A DNA stretch of 64,000 bases from Pseudovirgaria hyperparasitica (GCA_010093815.1 ML996571.1), one strand, 5' to 3'. Positions 1 to 12,813 are shown, counted from the first letter of the stretch. The notes: generated by a model not told the origin, from the sequence alone. Numbers and translations: made by a program.

Positions 1-53
1 TTTTCGGAATTGAAACTCCAGACCATCCTCTTTTTCTGCATATATTAAGCGTA

Positions 54-910
54 ATGCGCCGCATGGGAGAGGCAACAGAAATTGTAAATGAGCCATCTCA
101 AGAAGATCTAGTGACGCGCATCTTCTGTGATGATGACAACCGCTGGAAAAAATCGTCCGTTACAACAAAAAAATACTACTTTTGGCAAACGACCTCAGAC
201 ATATGGATAGATATGACACCACAATTCAGATCCGTAAGAGGGGGTATTACGAATTACCTGTTCAGCCGTAGTACACCGCCGGACTGCACTAATAAGGACA
301 AAAGAGCTGTTGTCACCCTATATAATAGTACGGATGAGATGTACAACAGCATGACCATCTGCGAGCCGTACAGTAGAATGTCTGGTTTGACGTTAGAAAG
401 GCTCGCAGAGGATTACCCTGATGAAATACCACTTAGGGACAATCGCGCCCCGAGTCCAAAGACAGTCTTTAGCATGATAATACTCTACCATTTACTGAAC
501 ACGGCGGAGTTCAAAAGTAAGTCTGACATTTCTAAAGCAGAATCACATCTAATAGTAATAGATTTAATACAGCCTCTGCCAAGTGTCTATCTTGATTGGG
601 AGCCATGTGTGATTATGCCAGAGCGGATGGCGGCAAGAAATGTACAGAACTATGGTAAGTGTTAGAAAATTATCCCTGTATTTTTTTGAACTGATGATTG
701 ACGTGTTACATAGCGTACCTTGCCATGCTTGCATTGTTAGGGGACTATGGGCTAACGCTTCATTATCGTCCAGATGAAGATGAAGATGAGAGTGAGTTCG
801 ATAGTCCAGAAGAGTATGACGACTATCAAGATCGAGGAACGCCCACGTTCGGATATTTAGTTAGAACCCCATATTATGAACCGGGGGCCCCTTGGCCACC
901 AAGGGACTGA
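54..910 (+). CDS. Hypothetical protein, possibly 5'-truncated; weak resemblance to fungal zincin/M35-like secreted proteins
   Basis: ORFs 54-665 and 698-910 join through a GTAAGT..TAG intron (655-713), giving RNVQNYAYLAMLA, reminiscent of the NxxNYA motif after the zinc helix. A probable second intron lies at 517-561. There is no intact HExxH (ILYHLLN), and the sequence is TpA-rich. Confidence 0.5.
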
Positions 911-1461
911 TAGCATCAAGAGAAATCCTTTATACCGGAGCGCCAGGCAGTAACACAGAAAAGAAGCACTCCACAAACTATTTAGATTATTTTCCTTATC
1001 AGTATAATGTATGTTCTTATCGTACACTTATAAGAAATAGTATACCCGACCATTACTACTTAGAATTAGAGTTGTACATGAGTATGATATTCTTCTAGGT
1101 TAATGGTATTGATTCTTGAGGTAGCTGTATGAGACCTGTGCATATTCAGAGCTGCTCTCTTCTTATAGATGATATAGTAGAGTGACTTAGGGTTCCTAAT
1201 TCTTAGTCGATACAATATAATATAACAATGTCCCATAGTCATATTATAACACAGTTGAGGCTAGCAGCCAGCCAATTGTGCAACGATGGATTGCGTGTAA
1301 ATGGAAGGGAATATCATTGTTATGACGGTTCTGGTGCACGGATGCGGAGCGTTGTTGCTCCCTGGGACCTTGTTGCGGACATATATGATAATATATAGCT
1401 TCAGATACAAACAAAAGGTAGGCTGTATGTATCGTGTCGTCGTATATGCCCTTGGTCCGAA

Positions 1462-1775
1462 CTACAAATACTTCTCACAGATCCCTGATATACCCCGTCT
1501 GATAACTTCCATACTAATCCCCTTCCAGCCATAAATCCACTCCCCTCCCTCCTTGAATACCATCTCTCCCTCACCAAAGCCAGTCAGCCCTGCACAATGA
1601 CGTTACAAACATACAGCCGGCCTCTTCCCACACTCACAGATATCACATACAGCGTGGCATACCGTTGCCGCCTCTCCATCGGGTCCAAATATCCACATGA
1701 CCGAATCACGATATCGTATTGGAAGCATAGCGTGCACGCATGGGTGCAAACCTACAGTGCAGCATAAGTGCATGG
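1462..1775 (-). CDS. Possible small spliced hypothetical gene; 5' end uncertain
   Basis: The minus ORF ...WIFGPDGEAAT is followed by a GTATGC donor, a CTGAC branch point, an AG acceptor and a protein-like last exon, MVFKEGGEWIYGWKGISMEVIRRGISGICEKYL*. Confidence 0.25.
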
Positions 1776-2159
1776 TGAGCTGGGGTGGCTGCCTAGAACA
1801 AGAACAGAGATCTCTCGGTTGACTGCTGTTAAGTGGGTTCAGCAGCGAACGTGGGATGGCTTGGAGAGGTGATACAGACGAGTGCCGGAGGGTGGTGGAT
1901 GATGGACGTGCATGCTCGTCCGTGGTAGAGGGCGAGTATGAGGACAAGTGTTCGTGAGGGTTTATATTGATGCTGAACCAAAATTTGCGGTATGTGTATG
2001 TGAGACGCGGGTATATATGTAGAGATACACAGGTAAAATCAACACATCTATCCTCTTGCTGGCGCCAGGTGAGCAGATGCTCTGCCTGACCAGACCAAAC
2101 CATGGAATCCAAAGATGGGGATATGTAGATTCTGAAGCTCGGCACCAGTCTGTGGCTAT

Positions 2160-5121
2160 CTATAACGTCAGATCGATGACTGAGACGCCTCTACCTGCAA
2201 CACCGTGTCTCCTCGCTATTCGCTTGCTCCGCTTTGTGCCTCTCACTAGTGGCGATGCTGTCGCTGACACCGGCTGTCTGATGTACGTAGGTTGAGGCTG
2301 AGATTGTGATGGGGCGCATTCAGCGGCACTCCGACGGGTGTTCACAGCTGATCGGGTTCTTGTGCTTGTACTTCCAGCTTTCGTCTTTGATGCTGGTCCA
2401 GATGGTCTTGATGCTACTGAAGTCGACGTAGAATGTGACGGCGAAGCTGTTAGATCAACCATTCTCACGTTCTGAAGCAACTTGCTTCGCTCCATCCAAC
2501 GGAGTGCCTCAGGGCTCGTTCCGTCTGTCCATGCAAAGTGTCCAGGGAGATCTTCGCGAGGACGGATGAATTGTTTGAGGACCTTGGGTGATGCGCCGAA
2601 CGGATCCTCGAACTTGTCTGGAATGCGTTGTTGGTCCGACGGAGACCGCGCAGGAGTGGTTATTGGGGGAGTCAACGGTGATTCCTGTGGCTTTGTGTTC
2701 TTGTCCTGCTCAATCAAGTCAGGTGACTGCCATCCTTGGTGTCGGTTCAGGATAGATGTCTCCTTGATCGAGTCAAGATAGGGAGAAGTCGTCCTTATGT
2801 CCAGTATGGGACTGGCAGGAGGTGAAGAGTAGAATGTGACAGGGTCTCGTGGGGTCGCGGGCGAGAGCATCGGCACAACTGAATTGGAGAACGAGGGAAT
2901 TACCCGCGACGGTGGTTGTACTGGTGAAGAGCTCGCCAAATCTACGATGCGTAGTGTACGCCCCGATGGCTCGTGTGCTGAGGTCGAAATTCGCTGGAAC
3001 GAACTCGTTGTCGCGCACAAGTCGAGACCTTCGATAGACCGTCTCTGCCTAATAACCTCTTCTGCTGAACTTGGCTTCGAGCGTTTACTTCTGAATTTGC
3101 CCGGAGACGGTAGCTGAGGATCCGGCGAGTATGAACGACGCTCCCCACGTGATATCGACGCCCGCAAAGCTCGCGGACTAGACTCAAGGTGTGTTGGCAG
3201 TGTTTGAGTTCTTTGAAACCCTGAACGTTTTTTGCGCGGCTGGACAGCGAATTCATCACTCGTCTCAAGTTTGCTCTCGATTGAGGGTGCTAAAGTATCG
3301 ATGCATCGAGCGTCTGATCGAGGTGAAAAGTACCGATCGATAGTACTTTGCCGAGACTTTCTCGGTGTTGTGGGTGGACTAGATAAGAGACTAATGACAG
3401 ACAACTGAGGAGCTGTGGATAGTGGCAGGGTTTCCTTAAGATCAGGGTGGTCCATGGTGGCAATAATTGCTTTCCCGGCTTTGCTTGCTGGTGGAGGTCG
3501 GCTCCCAGGCTTTGTCTGCTTTGCAAATTTGTATAGCTCACCACCACGCATGCCCCCTGTGGCTGAAGAACTTTTTTTGGCTCTAGGCTGAGTTTTCCTG
3601 GTATCCTTAGCTGTCTGTCGCATGCGCTGTTGTTCTGTGGCTGTACGCTTTGAACCTTCCCAGTCTTCTATCTTCAACGGCACCCCGATTCGTACGAAGG
3701 TATCAGGAATCCATGCCTTGTTGATCATCGTGGGATCATACTTTGTGGGACCCCTTGTTTTTGGCGCTGCTGTGGGTTCTGGTGCGTCGTCTGCGTTGAG
3801 GAACAATGGTGCTTCTTCCTCGATATCGCTGTCACCCACAACTATGGTATCGTCTGCCTCCTCTGAGTGTAAATCTATCCTGACAATTTCAAGAGGGACG
3901 AAGCCAACACGAATCTCCGAGGTCAAGTCAGTAGTAGTATGCTTTCGTTCATTGTGCAAGGACGTGATTAGTCGTGATTCTTCTTTTTCAATTTCGTCCA
4001 TGTTTTCTGAGATGTTATCGCATCTTGCAGCGCGGATGCGCAATTCCCGCACAAGCATCGCCGGTGCTAAGCTGCGAATGAAATGCTTTGCGCCTTCAAG
4101 TTTCACCCAAGCAAAGGCATCACCAGTAAACTCGCGCAATGACGGGAAGTCAACATCATGATCCCATCGAAGAGTCAATTTAAGCCTCTCTAGAGCCTGC
4201 GCACTAGATATGACAGGGTTTGTGTAATATCCCATGATATCTGCACGAGGGAATTCATCTGGCACAGTCAGCGTTTTGTGCTTCCTCTTGAATATTTTGC
4301 TATTGTTCATATGGAGCTCGTCGTTGAGTCGTTTGCGCCATGCATTTAATCCGACTTTGTCTGATGGTTTGAGTCGGCACAAATCCTGTCCAAATCCAGC
4401 TCGGGCAGCTTCACATGCTGTTTTGGGGCCGCAGCCAGGAATACCCTCTGGAATGTAGTCTCCTCCGCTCATTAAAGCTACAAGTATCATGCCTTCTCTG
4501 TCAAGGCCCGAAGGACCACTCTTGATCTTCTTTGCATCGTACAAGTTGATATGGGTCGGCACCTTGCTCGACTTCTGTTCCGGTGACCAGCTTCGTAGGG
4601 TAATACCGCTTCCAAACATGAGCGCGTCGACGTCTTCCGTGAGCACAGAGTCTACGATGCCTTCTCTTTGTAGCAATGCGCATTCTGCTTCTGCTTCACC
4701 TGGCGCCATGTGTATCGGAAAGCCGAACATCTTCAGAAGCTGCTTCGCCAGAAACTCGGGGATGGAGGCGACGTTAGGCCCAGTACGCTTATTGCGCTTG
4801 AATGGAGGTTTATTTGGACCATCGAATACGAATATAGGATGGATTCCATGAGACGTCAAGCGCAGTAGGCGGTAGTAGAACGTTCGAAGGGCTGGGTTGG
4901 TGCCGCCTTTGCTGGCCTGGATCTGGAACAGCCATATCGACACATCTATAGCGATGCGTAGTGGGCGTCCCTCTTTCTCATAAGTCTGTACAGCATACTT
5001 GAGGAACGATATGCGCTCTCCCTTGCCTATTTCTTGATAGATGCTTGGCCCATGTTAGCAAGACTGGGGAATGGGATGCAAACAAGCTGAACAAGGGCTT
5101 AACTTACCCATGAATACCCAT
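2160..5121 (-). CDS. GEN1: XPG/Rad2-family Holliday junction resolvase GEN1/YEN1
   Basis: Exon 1 (5121-5108, ATGGGTATTCATGG) and intron 5107-5044 give the N-terminus MGIHGIYQEIG...RIAIDVSIW. XPG motifs are present: FVFDG, APGEAEAECA, TEDVD and the GGDY.P.G.PGCG H2TH motif. The C-terminal tail is long and disordered. Confidence 0.92.
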
Positions 5122-5461
5122 TGCTTCGCGGAAGTCCTCCCAACAAGCCAATACCACTCACATAGTAAAGAGAGACCAGCAGCAATGGATGATGTCGTTT
5201 TCAAGGGCTGCTCCGCACCACCAATACCTTACTCGTGGTCATCTTGTCGCAGACCCGTAGGCCCGCAATTACCTTGGTAGGGTCGTCAGTGCTGCAGCCC
5301 CACTTGAAGCGTAAATAAAACTAAACCTGTTAGGGCAGTAGCAACAACAAAGCTTCCCACCTTGCGCCCGCCATCATTCTGACCTTCACCTACGCGTCGT
5401 GTACGGACTTGCGCTTTTCAACATACACCACAAAACTCTGGTGGAACGGCGACCTTTCAAT
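5122..5461. promoter_or_regulatory. Short divergent promoter with an MCB-like ACGCGT (5392-5397) and a forkhead-like GTAAATAA (5311-5318)
   Basis: About 340 bp separate the head-to-head starts of GEN1 and the AT-hook gene. The motifs are read directly; their function is inferred. Confidence 0.4.
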
Positions 5462-8400
5462 ATGGCGCCTCAGACCCTGCTGCAAGAACGCGATATCTAT
5501 CCTGACTCTTCGCCAGATCCACTGGCATCTTCGCTTGGTAGACGACCTACACCTCGCAAACCACTGCAGCGCACCTCATCAAATCATGCAAAAGCAAGAT
5601 TGAGTAGCCCAGTGAAAACAGTCCACTCTACAGACCACTCAGCGACCTTTGAAGTATCACCTTCGAAATCTACAAGCCCGTGGAAGATCAAGGTCACCGT
5701 CGAACAAAATGGCGACGGCATTGTCGACCAGGAGAACATCGATCTGGAGTCGCCCACGCGCCGGGTCAAGCAACGAACTACAACAAAGACTACCACAGTA
5801 CCTTTGAAAGGCGCAGACGAGACATCGCCAGTTAAAAGAAGAGGGCGACCGCGCAAGTCAGACACCGGAGCTGCATCTAAACCTAGAAGAGATGTGACAC
5901 CTGCGGGAAAGAGCTCGAAAGGCAGGAAATCTGCTGAGACTGCTGAGTCAAGTATACTGGATGTGAGCGGCTTGGACAGTGAACCCGCGCCTACAAAACG
6001 ACCACGAGGACGACCACGAAAGAACATTGCGACGCCTAATCAGCCTCAAGGCCGGAACATGAAGGAAGGACAATCTTCTCACGAAAACCAGTTGCAAAAC
6101 CTAGACGGTAACGCTACTAAGATTGCTCCTGTAGACCCCTCTTCAAGCCCATCAAGCTTGCCCGGTAGGTGTGACACACCAGCAGAGGATGTCTCGCCGG
6201 TCAAACCCTCCGAACCCAAGGGTGTACCCGGTAAGGGTCGGGATGGCAATGAGAGTAGTCGAAAAACTACTCACCAAGTGGAAACATCCACATATACACA
6301 CTTGCAGCGAGCTTCATCCACTGGCGTGAAAAAAATCGATTTTGCCAATGTCACCCCTTTACATCTCAAATATAGTCGCCAGATTGGAGACAACACCACA
6401 CCCGAAATCAACCCAATTCACTTTCGCGTACCTACACCGAGAAAGCCCATCGGATATGATGAAAGTGCCGAAAGCCCCATGCCACAGTCATCACCTATGC
6501 ACAGCTTTCCCGTAAATCCCGACGCGTCCATAATTGCACCCAAGATCACGCGATTCGACAAGCGAAACTATCCTGCTTTAAGTACGGCTCCAGAAGTCGT
6601 GAGAAGAGACAATCAGGAGCATGGAATTGACGATGGTATCGATAGCACGACCATCATGGAGAGCGAAGGTTTCAGTATGATATCTGTTGATTCGCTTCCT
6701 AGTCGGCAATTGTCAAGTAGCCCATCAGCAGCAACCTCAAACTTGCCTAGTATCGCATCCGTGTCAAGCAACCCCAAATTGAAGGCTGCTCCAAGTCCTC
6801 GGGTATTAAGCTACTTGAAGGTGAAACACTCGCACATGCCCTCCTCACCTCCTGGAGCACCTCTGTCATACCGAACACCGTCGCTTGAAGCCGTATCACC
6901 CTCTGGACCACCTCCGATTGAACCTGCACTGCTATTTCCCCGCACAGCGTCAACTCCTAGGCTTTCAGGCGTAGTCAAAACCGCAATCGCTCTACAAGGC
7001 GTCGTCGATGTCAATGAAAACAAGGTCACCGGAGATAAGTCGCCGCTGGCTACCAAGGCGCGACTGGACAGCTTGTTCAGTGGGTTCGGGGAAGGTACTA
7101 GGAGAGAACTTCAGGCTGGACTCAGACTTGGGGAAGAACTTGCAAGGCGCTCACAAGAACGAAACATGAGTCGTAGTGTATCCCCGGAGATGGGAGCATG
7201 TGGTAGTGGCGACGACGTGTTTAAGATACATCGAAATGCGGCTGGAGAGCCAAATTCCCAACGCCTACCGACACCAGAGGAACAGTGCCAGTCGCATAGT
7301 AGAGCAGTAAAACCTCCATTTTCACTTCCTGTCCCGCGACGACAAGTTCAAGATGTTACAATCAGATATCCTAGCCTAAATGGAAACCAGCTGTCTCTCC
7401 AGATTGCTACGCCGGAGATCGGGAGCGAGATGGACTGGCAGCCTACCACACCACTTTCTTCTGCAGGAACAGACACTGAGTCTCCGTATCAAAACAAGGA
7501 CGACAACCGAGAAGCTAATGATACCCAAGTATCTCAACACGTGGACGACAGGGCACAGGATATAAGTGATATCTGGGAGGAGGAAGCTAGCCGATCCTCT
7601 GACATAGAGATCCTTGACAAAACTCAGCCGTCGCTGGTACCTCAAGTCGCAGATCTTTTCGTCGATGATGAGAGTCTGGCTAAGCCGAAGCGTAGCAAGC
7701 TACCAAAGACCTGGAGAAGGAAGAGTAATAGCGATTTCAACTATAGTGATGAAGCCGAGCCGTCCACGCAAACCATTCCCACGGATACCAGACTGCCTGC
7801 AGAAGTCAATGCGGTTTCTGTTACTGTATCTGAGGAATCTACAGCAACTTTACCTGATAGAATGGATAATGTCTCTTATCCTGACATCGAAGATGACGAC
7901 ACGGGCTTGTTCTGGCAACACGACTACACTGTGCACAACATACCAAGGCGTAACAGAAGAAAAAGAGGAGACTCGGAGAAATTGGATCTAACGGAGCTTC
8001 TTGGACTCAATAAGAATACCTTGAACAGTAGTCCTATCCGAGAGCCCCAGCGGCTAACACCATTCAGGAGTCCGGCGCCGATTTTAAAGATCACAAGGGA
8101 CTCTTCACCTGCTCGACCCAGAGATAGTGCCAGCAGCCCTTCGAAACATGTCTCGTTTGCCGATGCCACATTCGATGACAGCATTGACGACTCTGACCCT
8201 ATTGTTGACCAGTACGTGTCGGAAGCGTCTGATGCGCAGCAGTTGCAGGATGAACTGGAAGCCCGATCGAACAGTCAGCCCTTTTACCGAGACATGCAGT
8301 CCTCCCAGCCGCTTGAAGATGCTGTGTCGCAATGTAGCTCACCGGCCTTCCGAACGAGGATGAGCTGTTCTGTCTTGACCGTCGATCCAAATTGTGTCGT

Positions 8401-9070
8401 CAATCCATTGTTTGAGAAATCTTCGGTCGCGGCGCCCGTCGTACCAAGTCCAGTCGAACGCCAGTATACTAGTGCATCAAGTGAGGTTGTCGCGGAGGAT
8501 ATCGAAATCAAAACCACTGGTCCAGGCCTGTTCTCCCGCTTCACTGGTGGGATCTGGTCTGCAATTACAAGAACGCCGCCACCGCCACAGCATCCTGTTC
8601 TTCGCCCATATCCACCAATCCCCTCAGAATATCCTTGGACCCGTACCCACTTCATCAGTCTTGACAATCTGTATCAGGCGCAGAAGCGGGACCCTTCGGT
8701 GTTCAGCCCAAAATCACACCCAACGAACGCTGCTCTACTCTCTACGTTCTCGAATCGTTCAAAGTACGTTGGTGCAATCATCAGCAATTGGGGCTATAGT
8801 CTAGAGTTCACAGAAGACCATCTGGTTATGGCCAAGGTGCTAATGCAAACGATGACGGTCAAGGATGTGGCAGAATATGAGCAAGTCACCGGCAAGAAGG
8901 CTAAGATCGGCAATTGTAATGTTGGCGGTCCTGAGAGTGGCCGCATTTCGGAAGAAGACGTTATGATCAAGATCTTTGCGATCATTGCGGGTGAGATGAT
9001 TCGAGATGATGAGGATCAGGGCAAGAAGATCGATCGGACGGGCACACTCACAATTGAATGGAATGTTTAA
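5462..9070 (+). CDS. Large intrinsically disordered AT-hook protein with a small folded C-terminal domain
   Basis: Intronless ORF of ~1200 aa, first ATG at 5462 (MAPQTLLQ). It has two AT-hooks (KRRGRPRK, RPRGRPRK), many S/T-P sites and an aromatic-rich C-terminus (PWTRTHFISLDNLY). Confidence 0.85.
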   Translation: MAPQTLLQERDIYPDSSPDPLASSLGRRPTPRKPLQRTSSNHAKARLSSPVKTVHSTDHSATFEVSPSKSTSPWKIKVTVEQNGDGIVDQENIDLESPTRRVKQRTTTKTTTVPLKGADETSPVKRRGRPRKSDTGAASKPRRDVTPAGKSSKGRKSAETAESSILDVSGLDSEPAPTKRPRGRPRKNIATPNQPQGRNMKEGQSSHENQLQNLDGNATKIAPVDPSSSPSSLPGRCDTPAEDVSPVKPSEPKGVPGKGRDGNESSRKTTHQVETSTYTHLQRASSTGVKKIDFANVTPLHLKYSRQIGDNTTPEINPIHFRVPTPRKPIGYDESAESPMPQSSPMHSFPVNPDASIIAPKITRFDKRNYPALSTAPEVVRRDNQEHGIDDGIDSTTIMESEGFSMISVDSLPSRQLSSSPSAATSNLPSIASVSSNPKLKAAPSPRVLSYLKVKHSHMPSSPPGAPLSYRTPSLEAVSPSGPPPIEPALLFPRTASTPRLSGVVKTAIALQGVVDVNENKVTGDKSPLATKARLDSLFSGFGEGTRRELQAGLRLGEELARRSQERNMSRSVSPEMGACGSGDDVFKIHRNAAGEPNSQRLPTPEEQCQSHSRAVKPPFSLPVPRRQVQDVTIRYPSLNGNQLSLQIATPEIGSEMDWQPTTPLSSAGTDTESPYQNKDDNREANDTQVSQHVDDRAQDISDIWEEEASRSSDIEILDKTQPSLVPQVADLFVDDESLAKPKRSKLPKTWRRKSNSDFNYSDEAEPSTQTIPTDTRLPAEVNAVSVTVSEESTATLPDRMDNVSYPDIEDDDTGLFWQHDYTVHNIPRRNRRKRGDSEKLDLTELLGLNKNTLNSSPIREPQRLTPFRSPAPILKITRDSSPARPRDSASSPSKHVSFADATFDDSIDDSDPIVDQYVSEASDAQQLQDELEARSNSQPFYRDMQSSQPLEDAVSQCSSPAFRTRMSCSVLTVDPNCVVNPLFEKSSVAAPVVPSPVERQYTSASSEVVAEDIEIKTTGPGLFSRFTGGIWSAITRTPPPPQHPVLRPYPPIPSEYPWTRTHFISLDNLYQAQKRDPSVFSPKSHPTNAALLSTFSNRSKYVGAIISNWGYSLEFTEDHLVMAKVLMQTMTVKDVAEYEQVTGKKAKIGNCNVGGPESGRISEEDVMIKIFAIIAGEMIRDDEDQGKKIDRTGTLTIEWNV

Positions 9071-10098
9071 GCTGCACTGGCTGTAGTTTGGGCCCTAATC
9101 TTGTTGATACTTGCGTATTTGTACATGTCAGCCATTGGGTTCATTTCAAGTCTTGGCGTTAGAGACATGAGGCGGGTACGACGATATGACGGGTACATGA
9201 TGCATGGAGTTGGTGTCCTGTTTATTCATTCTGAAACCGACCATAAGCGAATGATCATAATATGCATGTAGATCTGTGTGTCTACGTGTGTTTACGGATA
9301 GAGTGGAATCCATGCTCCTGTGTAGCCAGCCTTGCTGCGTGACCCGTGTCAGAATCTTAGCAGCTTAGAGACCTCCTATCTTGTGGTCCTGCAATATTAG
9401 AGCATCAGATACCCCCCTGCAGGATATCTAACCTCATATCATGCGTCGTGGCGCCATACATCATATCGAAGGTCATATTGAAGCTCGGTCGTATGTCATG
9501 GTATGAAGAGCTTTAATGCTCGTACATCGGAACTTATGCTTTTGCCCTTAGTCCACAGGCGGCTTAGAGCTGCAGGACGTGGATTCATCTACACCGATCA
9601 GGGAAACACGGTGACATATCTAACGCTCGAACGCTCAAAGAACTACTCTATTCATAGCATTGAGCTGTTGAGTGCGGCTTAGTATTGATGGGCAACAGGA
9701 AGGTCAAATCACAGTTTCTTTTGCGGGAAAGCGTGGATTGATGCAGTGTAATGCACGAATACGAGGTCGCCATCATCATTTCAGTAACTCAGATTGATTT
9801 GCCCGTCACAAGGTGAAACACCCGATAGATAAGATCTCAGCTGAACCCCCATATGGCGCATCCAGATGCGCTCTCAGACTCCGCTGCATTGTTCCAACTC
9901 GCCTCGAGATACCAGTTCACCACTGTGATGGCGGATTTAAGCTCCATGATCGGGCAGTTCTCGCCAACATGTTCTAACCAGTAGCAAGTTACAGCCAATA
10001 TTTCAGCCTCACAGGGTTTTCAGCTTACGCTCTACTTAAAGGCTTCCATAGCGCTATGTACGGCTCCTGCCAACAGCCAACACAACTGACTTGCGAGA

Positions 10099-11553
10099 AT
10101 GTCAACTCCCAGCCAAATCCCCGATGGCGTCAGTCCTGGGGCGCGCAAGATTGATACTCGCCCGGCTTATATCGATCCTGTCCCACAGCATGTAGTAAAC
10201 CGAGACTTCCAAAACGCCATAAATTATACAAGTCAAGCCGGACCATCTCGGAACACTCCATCTAGGCCACCAATAACATGTGGTTCATCGAGAGCTGGTG
10301 TCGAATCGGGTAGTTGGCCAATAGAGAATCAGCCATCAGTGCCTGTCGTTATTTTTCCACCTACGTACCCAACGAGTAGGAGAACACTAATACTTCGAGA
10401 TACCTCTTCTACTTCTTCTCCTGTAGATCCAATTCCAAGCTCCTACAGTCCTCGGAATCAGGACCGGTCGGTGGCGACAATTCAGCCAGTAGGCAACCCC
10501 GGACGTTACGGCGATACTCTGCCACGGCGCCAAATCCAAAGGGTCACATCGATGCCTTTGATCACCACCTCGATGTCAGTAGGGAGCGCGGCTGGTTCTA
10601 GAAGGAGCTCCACTCGTCCGACTGGACAACCTATATATGACACGCCTCGAAAGCCCTGCGTTACTCGACCGCGACAAAAAGCGAAGCAGCGGATGATTGA
10701 GCCAGTTCCAGATCACAGTGACGGTGAAAGTAAGGCGGAAAGGTGCCAGTCAAGACGTCTTTCCTTCCAGACCGAAAGTGAGGGAGACGACAAGGAGGAG
10801 GTCGTGGATGTCGATGACGATAATTTTAGCGACGACGGCGCCGCCTCCACACCTCTTACAAGTCTAACTACCCGAAAAGCAGAGGCACGAAACCTATCAT
10901 ACTCAACAGACCATGAGGCGCCCGTTCCTCGCCAACGAGGACGACCACTTACCCGAGCATCATCCTGCCTAACACTGCGGTCAGGACCTAGTCCCCTCGA
11001 CGCAGTGCTATCTCAACTACCCACCACATCCATAGACATGTGGTACTGGATCCTGGACCTCTGCAACCAAATAATCTACGAATTCGACAGCCACGACGTC
11101 ACACAAAGCGACTACGCCATACCCAAAAGAACAAAAAAACGCGCCTTCAAAGCGTACGAGCGCGCCATCCTGAAGCGCGACACCGCACGCGCACAAGCAG
11201 AAGACTTAAAGAACGATGTTCAGACAGATATCAGGCGCAAGGTGAAGCCCGACGAGGAGGTCATTAGGGTGTATTGTTATGCGCTGCATAGTTGTCTTCG
11301 CGCTGCGGAGTCGGCGCATGATGATCTCACAGGGCTGGACGCCAAGGAGGCGAAGGCACAGGAGAGACGCGATAAGGAATGGCAGCGGGAAAATGAGCAG
11401 ATAGTGTCTCGGTTCGAAAATGACGCTAGGTACGAGAAGAATAAGAAGGACAGACTGGATAGGCACTTGACGTCATGGGGCTTCGTGCTGGACAAGTATC
11501 CGACTTTTCAGATATTTTGGAGGGTGATTCGGAAGGGTATATTCGGGAAATAG
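10099..11553 (+). CDS. Hypothetical protein with a disordered N-half and a helical/coiled-coil C-half
   Basis: 484-aa ATG-initiated ORF with coding-like composition; no family recognised. Confidence 0.7.
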   Translation: MSTPSQIPDGVSPGARKIDTRPAYIDPVPQHVVNRDFQNAINYTSQAGPSRNTPSRPPITCGSSRAGVESGSWPIENQPSVPVVIFPPTYPTSRRTLILRDTSSTSSPVDPIPSSYSPRNQDRSVATIQPVGNPGRYGDTLPRRQIQRVTSMPLITTSMSVGSAAGSRRSSTRPTGQPIYDTPRKPCVTRPRQKAKQRMIEPVPDHSDGESKAERCQSRRLSFQTESEGDDKEEVVDVDDDNFSDDGAASTPLTSLTTRKAEARNLSYSTDHEAPVPRQRGRPLTRASSCLTLRSGPSPLDAVLSQLPTTSIDMWYWILDLCNQIIYEFDSHDVTQSDYAIPKRTKKRAFKAYERAILKRDTARAQAEDLKNDVQTDIRRKVKPDEEVIRVYCYALHSCLRAAESAHDDLTGLDAKEAKAQERRDKEWQRENEQIVSRFENDARYEKNKKDRLDRHLTSWGFVLDKYPTFQIFWRVIRKGIFGK

Positions 11554-12813
11554 GTCGCAGAGATTGAAGATCTGTTAAGGTATGAGACAGTTCAATGTGT
11601 ATGCTGTGTTATTGTCCGGAAGTGTTCTCATATGCTAGTACGAACGAAGTCCGCTTCGGATTTGAAATGCATATGAACTAAGCGATGCTGTCAAGGCTCA
11701 TGCTTATTATATGCCATTATACAATTGCGGGAATCCGGATCTCTGTTATTCAGTACCGAGATTATACGGATCTGGCCCCCAAATCATAACGTTATCCATA
11801 ACACTTGCTATACCACCAAGCACGACAGGGAGATGACCACGTTTTCGTGTATCAACCTCCTGCTGACTGAGAGCGTCAGACTGGCAAGGCGCGCCAACTC
11901 TAATTTGACCCTTGTAGTGCTATTTATGCCATGCATGTTCGTATAATCCATAGCTTCAAGTGGCGTTCTCTCTTCCGTGCTAGACCCAACACATAGCAGT
12001 AGTAGCTCGCTCTCGCAATCGCTTTCTCCATCTCCTCCGCTACGGAAAACCAAGGGTGCAACAAAAAGTGCCTAAATCCGATCTTCGAGGAGGTTGCTGT
12101 CTTGCGGTGATAGGTTGATCGGTATATGTAAGCAGGAATCCTTCAACGGCATTAGCAATGAATAGGTATGACTGTTCCCACACGGCTGGCCCGGATGGCA
12201 AGGAACGTCCAACTTTCAGCCGCTTTTTGCTGTCCAGACGTTTCGCTTCCTGAGTGCTGGGAATGGTGCGTTTTCTTGGCGCTTTTTAGGGTGGCTGGCC
12301 TTATATGCCATACTTCGATTATGCAGTTTATGAAAACGGTTGTCTTGAGCAAGTCGTGTCCATGAGTCATAAAGCCGATGCATTCGGATTTCGTTATGAG
12401 CGACGAATCCTTGCACGTATGATGAGCGGTCTGAGATGAATGACGTCCTGCGAGCTGTGTTGTTAGTGGCTTGTTGCTTGCTTTGGGAGTGGTTGATGAA
12501 ACGGTCCGGAGAGCCTTATCTCCATCTTACATTGAATTGACTACGGCTGACTTCAGAATAATTAGTCTAACATTCGGCCATCGGAGCAAATTATGAGTCC
12601 GCCATGCTTACGAGAGCGTTTTTCTAAGCTGGAGGCGCCAGTAGCGAGAGGATGATAATCCAAATAGGTATAAGGGGAACTGTTTCCACGAATTTGTGAA
12701 ACTTGGAGATAGATTTTCCTCTTGATTCTTGCAATACCATATTGAGGGTCCTTGCGAAACTTAAGCAATCTCGATAGCCATTCACTTTTGGGCTCTCTGG
12801 TTATTGACGCATC

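Noticed and set aside
11800..12700. Minus-strand intron-like signals and short ORFs upstream of the MFS
   Set aside because: I could not build a coherent reading frame.
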